From the NCBI GenBank assembly GCA_023515725.1, contig JALDTO010000057.1, positions 310,001 to 374,000 of the forward strand: a stretch of DNA of 64,000 nt. Reading direction: 5' to 3'. The translations under genes and the position numbers were made by a program. Origin of the DNA: Amoeboaphelidium protococcarum X5 (Eukaryota > Fungi > Aphelidiomycota). A model generated the notes under the pieces. It was not told the origin of the DNA, searched no databases, and was given only the letters and a program-made list of their open reading frames with translations. Numbering within the stretch: the first letter of the stretch is position 1; each line of letters starts with the position of its first letter. Shown here in pieces: positions 16,256 to 28,557 of this stretch.

Positions 16256-16848
16256 TGCTGTATAAAACTTGAAGAGATCGCGTACTCTTCTACAATCGTT
16301 AAGAAGAAGAAGCGCAAAGATTCAGTTGAAACTATGAGGAATTACACCAAAAAGTGTTGTTTCAAACGCGCCAAGAAACGTTTTATTATACAGTATTGAG
16401 TTTTGTAATTGGCGTGAACTTATTTAGAGTTTGTGTAAAAAAATTTATACCAGTACCTTGTCAATGGTTATAATGCACTTGAGAGAGATCAGGGACAATA
16501 CTGGAATCAGTTCTATACTATGAAGCAAAATACTGTATCACTATATAAACAAAGAACAGTCTTGTAAACAAAGACATTTTACAGAGACAGAGAGAGAGAA
16601 ACTCTAAAGAAAGCTTACTGTACGCGCTTCAACGCCATCCTGTAAGCAAATGAGATCAATCTCTTGCTCCAAACGACTTAGAGAGTGAGTGAGAAAGCGA
16701 ATGAGCGAGCGAACAACCATTACAATAGAATAAAGGGCGGCAAGCGAGAAACGTCGTTGTCGCCTTGATTTCCCTTTCTTTCCGGTGCGAATTCAAACGG
16801 ACAGAAAATGGCAAATTATATGGTTATACGCCTAGTCGGGAAAAAATT

Positions 16849-16881
16849 ATATCGCTGCCGACCGCAGGTCGGTTGCGATAT
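16849..16881. repeat. Inverted repeat (hairpin) 3' of the transposase stop
   Basis: ATATCGC-TG-CCGACC gca GGTCGG-TT-GCGATAT: 13 Watson-Crick pairs in 15-nt arms. Confidence 0.75.
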
Positions 16882-16964
16882 TTTATACGGATTTCAAGGG
16901 ATGAGTAAGAAGAAACCGAAGATCTGCGATCATATCCACTCAATTACTCAATCAGTTCATAAAA

Positions 16965-19900
16965 TCACGTCTATTTCAACTTTCTCTCTCTTTCTACACG
17001 CTTTCTGAACTTTTTATAGAGACTTGTACGCATTTACAACAAAGAATCGTCTAACTAACTTGATGCATCGCATCTTTTGGAAGAATGGCCTTCAGTACAT
17101 TAATTGGAATCAGCCATCAATCTTGGCTTCCAGCAGATTTTGCAGACTTGTTTCACTGATTCGCTTCTCAAATTACTGTCCAACTCTTCTTCATTGACAA
17201 ATCCGTTTTCAGGTGTCAACACGTCGTCGCCGAATCTCTAACGCAGCAGTTCAGTCAAATTGACAGCCTCAGTCATTGTGACAGGCCCAGTATCAGCTTA
17301 AATGATATCGACGGTATGATAAGTTAATTAGTTAAAGGTCGGCTGTTCGTTGATGTCTACATTCTCTCCAAAATTGTCAACTCTAGGAATATCATCACCA
17401 TCAGGCAGACCCAAAACTGGATTGAACAAAGTGCCCATATCCAGATTGGTGAAGTAAGCATCGTCTATACTATCAACTAATCTCTAAATATCCTAATCTG
17501 CAGTAGCAAGCAAATCATTGACACTCTAAACAGACTGAGTAGCAGGACAGATGCAGCTCAAATTGTTCAATGAAGTCTGTGTTTCTACAGATACATGTTC
17601 AACTACTTAGACAGTTTACTCAGTAGACACCTAATGCAACTACGGAATTTCGAACGGAATATGCAATGCTGTTGGGTCAGTCAAATGATTTTATAGCTGT
17701 CTGAACTGGGCCTTAAATGGATCAATCGCGTATTTGCATGCCAACTTACGTTCCACAATATCTTCAAAACTCTTCAAATGGCTTGGTGCTTTAAAAGAGT
17801 ATTCTGATAACAAATCATCAACTTCAGACTAATTTGAGCAGGCGGCAATCTTGTTATAAACCAGAAAATTCCATCGATCAGCCATTTACTCATAATCTAC
17901 TTACTTATCATCACCGTTTTTCTTGGTGCAATATTGTTCAAACAGTGACATGAATAAGATGAGCTCTTTTTGGGAGGAGACGGGACGTGATATGACATTG
18001 AATGCAAACTTAGAGATCATATCATCAGAGTTCAGCTTGATGGGCTCAGTAGATATATCACTCTAATCCATATCAATAACAGTCAAATCAACTTCAACTG
18101 GATCGGCCAGTGCATCAATCAGTTCTTCATCAAAGCCACCTTCGCATTCCATCATCAGCTACTAGTCAGAAATGTTCTTTAGATCAAGAGATTTGCCCAA
18201 ATACTTACTACAGCCAAATTTAACAGATTTTGAGAATTCAGATACCTGTGGAATGGTCAGATTCTCAAAAACAGGACACTTGAAGTATTTCGCATTGTCG
18301 ACATACAACTGCTTAATTTAGCTCAGCACTAGTGGGTTGTAAATATGAAAATCCGGAGTCAGCCCACAGGTCAGTGCCGCATCTTGATTTCTTCTGTAGA
18401 CAAAGTCCATGAGCATAACATTATATAGCTCAGGAGAGATAGACTTTGCTTAAAACGCATTGTACAACATCATGTGATATCCTTCTTATTGGCTGGTACC
18501 TCTAAAACACTTGAACTACTTAAAAGATCCATCATCTCCAGGCTTTAATTGCAAGTACATGTCAACACCAGGAGGATCTGATAAACAGCCATCTTTGGCG
18601 TGCTTCAGATTACGCTCGTGATGTTTCATTACTTGATCATCAATGAACTCACTGTTAACCGCTCTGAACATTTAGACCACCTGATCAATTCTATTCGACA
18701 AAATATCCGCAGGTGGAACAAATCTTCTCACTTTACCATTACGCAATAGATAGCTTCTCTTGATCTGATCCATTTACTTATCTGATACTCCACGCTGCTG
18801 TAATACTGACTTCACATCTTGCATGTCTTCTTCAGAACAGATGAATATCGCGTCGCGGAGGTTGGAGGCAAAGAGAGAGTATAGAGGATGTTTCTTCTTA
18901 ACAGGATACCGCTCCATGAAATGAAATATATCCAAGAGTACTCGCTATCCTTATCCAGTAGCTGACAGAGATTCAAACATATCAGAGAGAAATGCTCTTT
19001 CAGTGCAGCAGAGATCTGTGAAGAAAGCCTGAGGACCCTCTTCATCTTTGGCCGCATAGCGCTGCTTCAAGACTTCAAATTCACCAGTCAACTCTTTCAG
19101 ACTTTTGTTTGGCACAAGCCAGAATCCAGCTACTTGGCCATACTCATTCACCAAGGAGTATAATCCCTCAAATATCTACTGAGACTTAGACACAGGCACC
19201 TTGGCTGCTTTGAAAGTGTGATCACCGCTCAAAACTTTGCCAGTAACTTGCGCGACAGCGGCGTTCTTCAGATCATACACATCCATTTGGCTCTTATAAT
19301 AGAATTTCTTTAAAACAGTAGTGGATGGAATGGATACGTTATACTAATCTTTGTCGCTGAATTCTGGAAATGGGTCAATCAGTGCAGGCAAAGCTTAAAA
19401 CATTAAAGTCTTCTATGGGTTCCTTCTAACAAATGTTGATGCGGACAGATAGGCAAGATGTCTTGATTAATGCTAGTTGTTGAACAGCTCATCCAACATC
19501 TTTACAAACTCATTAAAAGAGACTCCTCGCATGATCATCCTATCCATTAATTAAATCAATTAGTTGTCCAGGATCGTGTTGTCAATCACCGTACACGGCA
19601 ACTATTGCTAAACATGAGGAGGAAGATGCTGCAAAGTATCTGGATCTATTCCACGAAACTCCTTACCAGTCCTGCCACCAGTACCACAGTGACACAGATT
19701 GCATTTGTACCTCTTGAACATGATGTAATACGACTGACCAATGCCTATTACTTTTCGAGGCCCTACTGCTGACCAGCCTGCTACCTTAACGTGACCATCC
19801 ACAACGCCATGAACTGGACAAGGCATGTGGCGAACACCAAGATGATGGAAAAACACTTCTGGCGTCCAGAATATAACTTTCTCCTTCACAAAATCCTAGC

Positions 19901-20821
19901 TCTCCATATAATCTGAGACTAATAAAGGATTAGGCGGATAAATCCAGATATCACGCCAGGACAGAGGATTCAGCGGCTTGCAATCGCAGACACCATGACA
20001 CCTTGACGACGTTGCATTGCATTGATAGCCGCGCGAACCTGTTCCTTTAATGGCGTAGTCAATCTCATCAGTGTACTTGACTATAAATGCGGTGGAGGGA
20101 TGACTTCTCCAATTCTAATCTTTCTACTCAATCACTAACGTGGCATTAACTTGATCATCATTTTCGACTGAGGAGGTAGTATCATGATGAGCATTAATAT
20201 CATTTGTTTCAGGCGTCTGATCAGACGCGGATTGATGAACTGGTACATTAGCGAAAGAGTCCACTGATTGTAAGGATGCTCCAGTCAGCCAACTTGACAA
20301 AGTATTCGCGGAACCTGCGATACTGTTGTTCTTCTTTAACTATTCCAAACAAAATTTAGTGTGCGGCTTCTTATTAGATGGGAAATGAAGATTTTTACAT
20401 ATCGGGCACTTCCAAGTCTTACCAGGATGGATCGGTGCATTTTCTGCGTCTTCTCTCTGCCTCTTGATCTTCCTTGCACCAGGAGGAGGGACATAATTGC
20501 TGATGGACATTCCATTGGTAGTGTTCATTCTCAAAATCTCTCTTAACAGTGAAGTTCGCTCTACAAAAGTAATGAAATAAGTATTGAGATTGGAAATTAA
20601 ATCATACTATATTTTGACTACGACTTTCTTTTAGGCTTCTCACGGCACTTTTTATTTTGAATGCTGATATCAGAGTCAGATATAGGCAACTGTATATCTG
20701 ATACTGAAGCTGATATTTCTGAAACAGTGTTGGTCGCACGCGCAGTTTATGTAGCGACATTGTCAACAACATTGTCAGCGACATTCGTTTGATCGTGTTA
20801 GCGACAATTTTGTAGCGACAT
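16965..20821 (-). mobile_element. Intact transposase-like gene, DUF6729-associated Kyakuja-Dileera-Zisupton type, ~1269 aa (intron 20561-20607)
   Basis: Continuous frame under TAR=Gln; Cys/His clusters (CPVH...RYKCNLC), SGDHTFK, FTDLCC, LLDIFHFMER, GCLSDPPG, CFRGTSQQEGYH; terminal CxxC...H motifs. No clear TIR or TSD found. Confidence 0.75.
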
Positions 20822-21095
20822 TTGGCTTAAGAGTAGTAAGGTACCCGAAAATTTGGTGAATGCGCATTCAGTTATTGCCCAACGTTGCATTATCTGATTT
20901 CTAATTAGCATTACTCTTACTATTTGTGCTATTCTTTATTGCATCTCGAAGAACTCTGCTGATAATTTACTCAATTCTGTTTATTGTCTACTTTGGATTT
21001 TGGTATTTGTGAACACTTTTACTTATAATAAATTCTAATTAGAACCTACTGTATTCAGACAAGCTCAGAGATCAACTCCTAATTAGTGATCAATT

Positions 21096-21659
21096 ATGCC
21101 TGCGTATCATTCATAATTTGTTGAAGATTAATAGTTCAAGATGGTGGGAAATATGTGCATTCTACCATTTAGAACCAAGGTTCGTGGTCCTGCGCCTCCA
21201 TTCAGCAGTAATGATCCTAATGATGAAGACATTGTTGAGGAGGGATTGAACTTGTACAGAGCCAACTGCTTTTATAAGAATTTTGAAGTCAAGAATGGAA
21301 GTGACAGACTGTTGATCTATGTGCTGCTGTACATTGGTGAGTGTCTGACCAAGATTGCTTCCCTATCCACCAAGGGTGATCAGTGGCCGTCTGTAAATGA
21401 GGCGCAGAAGCACTTGACCACTCTGTCCACCAACGCTAATCTGGTGTCTATGCTGCCATCTGATGCATCTTTCCCTCTTTCTGGAATGTACGAGAAGCCT
21501 ACCAACAAGAATGACATTGACTTTCTGCGTTCCTACCTGACTCAGCTTCGTGGTGAAATCGGCACCAGATTGATTGAGAGAATCTATGTGAACGGCAAGC
21601 CTAGCAAGTGGTGGATGTGTTTCCAGAAGAGAAAGTTTATGGGCAAAAGCTTGAGCTGA
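21096..21659 (+). CDS. ARPC3: Arp2/3 complex subunit 3 (p21-Arc)
   Basis: MPAYHS start (needs TAR=Gln), LPFRTKVRGPAP, KNFEVK..DRLLIY, SKWWMCFQKRKFM. Confidence 0.96.
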
Positions 21660-21876
21660 TTAAAAAGACTTGAAAGTCATGTGTCTTTTTCAGTAATAAG
21701 ATTTTATTCTTTAATGTATTTTGAGTTGAGAATGGTTTACTTTCTTATTTCTATTATCTTTGATACCACGGTGCGTGAGACTTTGAGCTTTAACTCTTTC
21801 ACCGCGACGAGAATTCCTCCGCGTTGTTTCATCCATCCCAAAAGATCTCCTTTTAATTGGAATAAATAGCACCATC

Positions 21877-23829
21877 ATGTCATTTAAAACTAAAGCGATA
21901 TTCGTCGCACTATTATGCTTGGTTAGTATTTACTTATCGCTGGTTTCTATCCGTCTCAAGATTGGACATTTCAATATTTTAAATGGTGGAAGACTGTACG
22001 GGTAACATAGTTCTGACAGCGATATTAGAGCATTGGAGTTAAACCACGTTAGCGATGTTGAAACGTTGTTTACGGAACTGAGTAACGAAATATAGTAAAA
22101 GATGAGTGGTTATAGATAGAGAGTTTAACGATTAATTTCAAGCCTGTAATCCAGAGAGGATCAGTTAAATATTACATTGAAGAAACCGCCTGTGATAGTA
22201 TTTGGCACTGCTGGTAGTGGTACGCGCATTGCAAATAAAGTCATTCGCGCAATGAACGTTGCCGTCTTCACAGAGATCGTGAATAGATAAGATGATTCGC
22301 TCGTTGTCATTCAGCTGGTGAAAGAGACAGCGATGTTTTGCTGCGGAAACTCTTCGCTGTTTCATCACTTTGCGGAGAGGACTAACAGTAATGGTACATT
22401 CGTATACGAAGTGGAGGACGTGGATCCTATTCTGCGCGATTAGATTACAAAGGCTCTACGGTTGGCATTTCGCATTATACAACATGAAGCTTATTTAAAA
22501 TCTGGGCGTTCTCTGGATGTTAGTTGGGGTATCAAAGAGCCTCAATTGATCTATCTCATTCCATTTATTCTTGATCTCCACCCTGATGCTATTCTTGTTC
22601 ATACAATCCGGGATGGACGAGATGCTGTCCTCAGTAAGTAGCAGAAGATGAGATATCAGCAGATGTACCTGGATAAAATTTACCGATCTGGAGATCTAAT
22701 GGCGACCGCGTAGTTATGGTAGCGAATAAATCTTGATGCTCGGTCCATGGCTCTTAGACATCAATTGCGCACAAATTACTTATTGGTCCGGTTGGAGGAT
22801 CTATGCTATGATCATCGGAGGTAGATGACATTGTCTAATATCGAGAGGCTATTATAATAATTTGGAATATTGAGAACGTATAATACTAAAGCTTCGGATT
22901 CTCAAGATATTGATTAATCGAGATGCAATATGGGCAAGTGGCTCAACTCTTCGCTCCAACTGAGTTCTAATGTATATAAATCTATTTGGAAGACTTTGCT
23001 TGAATTTGGATATTAAGTATTATAAACTGATACATCTTCTGAATAAATCTTGTCAAAAGCTGGACTCCCATATTGGCCTCAGAACTCTACTGTGATTATA
23101 ACGGCTGTATCCCACGATTATCTTGATCTATGCAACACCTTTATGGATAAAATTGAATATCATTCCAATTAATAAAGGCTTTAGATGCTGGTACTTAATT
23201 TGGATCATGAATCTGCGGAAGTGAATAAAATATCCTTAAGATCGCGGCACCATATCCAACATGTAAGTATTGATAGTATGAAGTAGAAGAAGGATATCTG
23301 GAAATGGAGACTTGAAATGGCATCGACGTTAATAGATTAAGGGAATGATGTTGTGCTCAATGACTTGGACGCTATATGGAATGTGAATATCGTCCAGTAT
23401 TTTGAGTAGGATAAGTTTGGTGGGTACGACCTCATTGCTGGGCAAGGAAGATTTCCGTATGAGTTGAAGTCGTTGTGGGGATTTACTGCTTGCATGGGTA
23501 TGGTGTATATAAGATCATCTACGCAGTCATCTACTCTGCTTCATCTGACTCTTCGGTATTTAAAGATGTTCCCAGATGATTAAAAAGCTTTCAATCGGGC
23601 TCTCTGGTAAATGTCTGATGGTTGGATCGAAACGAAGGCTGGATATCAGTCAGTATCTGACAGCAGTACAGGAATTAAAGCTTTAGTGTTGCACCACGAT
23701 TCTCTTCCTCGATTCTGTCCCTCATCTAAAGTCATTGAGTAATACCCCAAAGCTATTGCATTTCATTGTTATACTCCCAAGAATGGTTCTAAAAAGATGG
23801 CCATACTAAGATAGATGGATATCATATGA
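21877..23829 (+). CDS. Type II membrane fusion: sulfotransferase domain plus nucleotide-diphospho-sugar transferase (GT77-like) domain
   Basis: TM anchor; PVIVFGTAGSGTR (5'-PSB loop), WGIKEP, HTIRDGRD (3'-PB); then VVLNDLDAIW (DxD), ACMGMVYIRS, DD(Q=TAA)KAFN; single 651-codon frame. Confidence 0.78.
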
Positions 23830-23860
23830 TTGATTGAATAAACACTAGTACCATAATTTA

Positions 23861-25027
23861 TCATTTGGATTCAATTATGACACCACCGACACCTAAAACA
23901 ACTTCAAAAACCTCAAATCCTTCACTTGTTAATTTGTCTTTGAGCTGAGACACTAGCTATGTATCTTCCACGATGTCAGGTAGTAAAGTCAATACACAAC
24001 CGCCTCCACCGGCGCCTGTCAATTTCGATGCCAAACCAAACTAATGAGCAACATCACAAACTTTGGCTATATTAGTATGACTGACATTGAAGCATTCCAA
24101 GAGTTTTTAATTTATAGTTATGAGGGTCTTCATTCTGTCATAATCGACATTTTCAGCGTGTATCATAGACTCGAATTCTGAGGATATGCAATCAATAGTC
24201 TCCAAAATCGACTTGGCCACTAGACTGTAGCTATCAATGACTTGTTTAAATTTTTACAGTTACACTTTAGTTTGACGTGGCGTCTTGGTGTTGGTTAGAA
24301 GAAACTTATGTTGGAACTTATCTATGACTTTGGTCTCTGCTTTTCCAGTGGTGATGGCTTTTTGATATGCAATGACGCCACCAAAGACGCAGACTGTGTT
24401 ATCGATTCCGGAGGGATTACCATGAATGACACACTCGGCAATAAACGCATACTTATTTATGAGATTAAGTGAATCAGCACTCCGCAAATCTGATTCTTTA
24501 TCCAAGTGTTTGTAGTGCAATAATAACGACGCGGCAATACAGGCAGAGTAAGAGGCGGATGATCCAAGACCGGCGCCAACTGGGATTTGACTTGAGACTA
24601 CAATGCGGCATCCACGTTTAGTGAGGAATCTAGAATGCTTATCTGTAAACTTGAGAACAACATTCAGATACTCAAAGGCGGCAATAGCAGCAGATTAGTC
24701 AGCAGAGTATTGAGGACGTCGCGCTCTCTATTAAACATGTTCAAGTAATCGCGCATCTATACCATTCAAGTTTATTTCATCTGGGCAGCATTCATTGAGA
24801 ATAGAGGCCGTTTCTCTCATTTCAAACACTTACTTCACTTGCAAATCAGGCAGCTCAAGCTCTACGGCATCTCTCTCAGGCAGCAGCTGGTATGAAGACG
24901 TCGTGTATAGATTTATAGATGACGCACAAGCTTTGGTGCCGTGAACAACCGCATGTTCGCCAAACAGAATGGCTTTGCCCGGCGCTTTGACAGTAAATTC
25001 CACTTGTTCCAGAGCTTAAGCCATCAT
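23861..25027 (-). CDS. ERG12: Mevalonate kinase
   Basis: APGKAILFGEHAVVHG, IPVGAGLGSSA, HGNPSGIDN, SKLTGAGGGGC. Confidence 0.95.
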
Positions 25028-25208
25028 AATTATCTTCGAGTAAAGCGGCTGAAATTCCGACTCAAGTCCTAACAAGTTACAAATAAAGGGTGAGGAAGCT
25101 CGTGTGAAAACCTCTAGCGTCAATCCTCCTTGTCTTGATCTACGTCTCTATTGTTTCGTCTTTCTCTCATCCTTCCGTAAATTTATAACTTTGTTAACGC
25201 GTAATACA

Positions 25209-26365
25209 ATGGCATGGAGATAGCCAAAATAGCTCAGGGATTCCCCAATTCAAAAATCCTATCAATGTATGATAAATATACTTTGTTAAAGATATTATTC
25301 AAAGACTTGTACCGTGTGTAGTGTAAGATCTGAAAGCATCGAATCAACTGTTGGCTGAGAACCATGCAATTAACGCGTAAAACTTGAAGGCTCAACGAAA
25401 TTAACTGACTGATCTGTTGGATTCGAATTTATCTCTAATGGAATAAATAGCTTAGCAGAGAGCATTTCTGGATGAATACAAATAAGTGGTGTAGTAAAAG
25501 TATGAGATGATACAAAGCCTTGATATGCATATGTAGAAAACGTTGCAAAGTTTTGAATCAATGGTGAAACAATCTCGATCCATCCGAATCTTTCGAGAGA
25601 GCGGTCCGTTGAAGAGCACAGATGTTGCCCCAACGCCCAACGATGAAAACGCTGTCAATGAAGTATCTTCACCGAATATTATTAGGACAAGTCAAGTTTT
25701 TGGTCAGGGTCAACCTATGAAAGAGTTTGACACTCACTGTGTTTCCAACCTAGATGATAAGGCGAAACTCGTAGATAACTTCCAGGTTGCTTTGAATACT
25801 CCTTCTGTCAGTGATAGTTCTCCTACAGAAAGCAGTTCACCCACAGCAAGAGTCCAGTGTAAGAATCTCACTGCAGAGTAATATTCTTCATCCCCTTTAT
25901 TGCTACAGCACAGAGAAGTCGAATAACTGCAAGATGTACGAAAGTCGCGCCGGATGAGCATATGGAAGCCGAATATGACTCCTCAAGGATTAAGCCGTAA
26001 ACTCGACGCGCTTATCACTGGCACTCGACAGGACAGTGACATTATCGATGATACAATTTTTGAAGAGACTGAATATGAAGATTCACATTCAAGACAGAAG
26101 TATATTGAAGAAATGGAGAATTAGGATCCAATGACACGTAAGAAGTCTGCACGGGAAAGTGCTGGGATTGTCTCAACATTAGATGGAACACCAAAGAGAC
26201 CAAGACGCGAATCATCACGCAGAATATAAAACTTTGCTGAACCAAGCCTTCGCAAGTAAGATTTATATTTACTCTTAAAGAGTTTATAGTCTAAAAGTTT
26301 GACTTATATCTGTGTTTAGAAAGTTGAGACAAGGTGATGCGCACACATTTAAATTAGCAAATTGA
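25209..26365 (+). CDS. SGO1: Shugoshin (introns 25267-25321, 26256-26319)
   Basis: N-terminal coiled coil (NQLLAENH...LLDSNLSL) and C-terminal SGO basic motif RPRRESSRRIQNFAEPSLRKKLRQGD. Confidence 0.75.
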
Positions 26366-26401
26366 ACAAGCTGGAAATTAACATTATATAAAATTCTAAT
26401 T

Positions 26402-27336
26402 TCACTTTAAAGGAGAGAATGGCATTGGCTTCAGGATTCTGGTCCGCATATCTTTAACCAACGGAACAGTGTTGTAGACTGTCTGTGCCCAGCCATCCTC
26501 TTGCCACGCCTCCTCACGCTATCTCTTGCGATCATCCAAACTAGGATATACCCACATGTGATGCACCAAAGATAGAGCTCCCAGCTGTGTAAACCAGGCT
26601 CCTACCGGTTAACAGTACTTCTTTCTAATCTCCAGGCCTCGCTTCCACTACTATTCCCACTCCAGGAGATTTCCAGCCTTTAGCATATACGATCTCAACT
26701 CATATATGTCTGTTGTATCTTTAGCAGGTTATGGGGGACTGGTCAACCAAAATGCAAATTCTAGACACATTTAATTTTGACGCCTTCTGATCAGTTTCGG
26801 TAACTGCTTGGAGTACTCTTAATACTGAGGATCGTGTTGTAACAGGGACATGGTCTTATCGTAACCAGTGTATCCTTTATACTCCCACATGTGCACAACT
26901 TGATCCAAATCCGCACCAACACTAGTATTCCAACTACCAACTAGATTAACCTGATTATCCTTATTCTGTGCAATTCGCGGGTAATGATCAGCTACCAACT
27001 GCTTGTACTCATCCATCCTATCAGGCTTCACATCATGAACTACACACTTAGTATAATGGAACAATCAGCGATAAGTAATCACAAAAATTAGATATTACAC
27101 ACAAGTTCGTGAACGTATTTCCCACGAGCCAATTTCTTTGAGAAGGTGGTGTCTCGATCATCATCTTCTTCATCGTCGTCTTCATCATCCCTATTACCGA
27201 GCTATCCTTTGCCGACCTATCTCTACTTTTGACCTTTAGTTCCATACAACACCGATTCTATAATTCCCTTTCCACCATCGCGTATTCTTGAAGTAGTTTG
27301 CAGTGGCCTCTTTAAAAGCGGTAGGATCGAATTCAT
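26402..27336 (-). CDS. NIPSNAP family protein (intron 27040-27098)
   Basis: HELVFHDVKPD, LVGSWNT, VHMWEY, IYELRSYMLKAGNLLEW, HHMWVYP, GWAQTVYNTVP. Confidence 0.9.
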
Positions 27337-27446
27337 TGCTAGCTCTATGTTAACTATCAACTAGACCGTGCGACAATCTAAGCTGGCTGGAAAGGGGAAC
27401 GCGGGCGCGTTGTCACAAAGTTTGTAACCTTATACAACAAGAGAGA

Positions 27447-28415
27447 ATGTTAATGGACAGTTCACGCTAAGAAGCTACTTCAATCAATGGTTGTGAGAGT
27501 GTCACATCGCTGTTGAATATTGGTGAATAATTGGATGATCATATAGTACAGGCTATCATTGAATGCCTCAAGTAAAAGCTAAGGAAATTCAGTCATCAGG
27601 TGGCAGGACACGATGACTTGCTCAGATTGTCACTACCATCTCAACTCTTTAATCAAGTCGCTCACCTTCGAGATGGTCAAATACATCTTCTTATGAAACC
27701 TACTGTCAACAAGGAAATACAATTCTACGCCAACGCAAAGAGTTGCAAGAATATTGCTCCTGTATTACCTAAATTTTATGGCTGGATGGATGCGGACGCG
27801 TTAATTGATCACGGCTTGAATCTGACTTTGCGTGATAAATGTACTCATTTCATTCTAATTGAAGATTTATTGGCAGATATCAACGCTGAATAGTGCAGGA
27901 TAGCTGACATAAAGATTGGGCGGTAGATGTATGCAGCTTGTGATGACTCGGTTGATGATTATAAACGCGAGAGGATGATAGTGAAAAACTCTACTACAAC
28001 TTCGATTAATTTGGGTCTTCGAATAACTGGGCTTCGGTACGAACAAAGTTCCGGTAAATTCTTCTCTAAATAAGATGGTAAATTGCTCAAATCTTTTCAA
28101 GACTTTCAGGATGTTATGCAAGACTTTACTACTATCGGTCGTGATTTAAATGTTGATCGGCAAGTTAGAGAGCGATTGGCAGTTGATCTCACCAATATGG
28201 TGCGTAATTTGCCTCAAGAAGTTCAACTTCACTCCTCTAGTGTCCTCATCATCATCGACACTGTGACTCTGAATGTCAAAATTAAGCTCATAGACTTTGC
28301 GCACTCCTTCATTACTCAAGATCCTGAATATTTAGCATCGAGTAGCATGCACCAGGAGATTTAAACTTGCCTCCTGACCTTGAGAAAATCATTCGGTGTT
28401 GATGACGACCGCTGA
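27447..28415 (+). CDS. Inositol polyphosphate kinase family (IPK/Arg82-like)
   Basis: HQVAGH, FILIEDL, IADIKIG (PxxxDxKxG-like), SSSVLII, KLIDFAH. Confidence 0.88.
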
Positions 28416-28557
28416 TTGGCTGGATGTCGCAGCGAATAAATTGCAATTATTCACACATTACCTTCCTCTTTCGATTTACCGGTAAATCCGTCTGAATATA
28501 TACTTTTTTAACTCGATAAACTTTAACTTTACTCAATTATACTTGAACTACTTCGTC

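Noticed and set aside
16454-20848. Terminal inverted repeats or TSD for the transposase (GTACCTT/AAGGTAC; TCGGG/CCCGA)
   Set aside because: Only 5-7 bp matches with no flanking duplication; consistent with chance.
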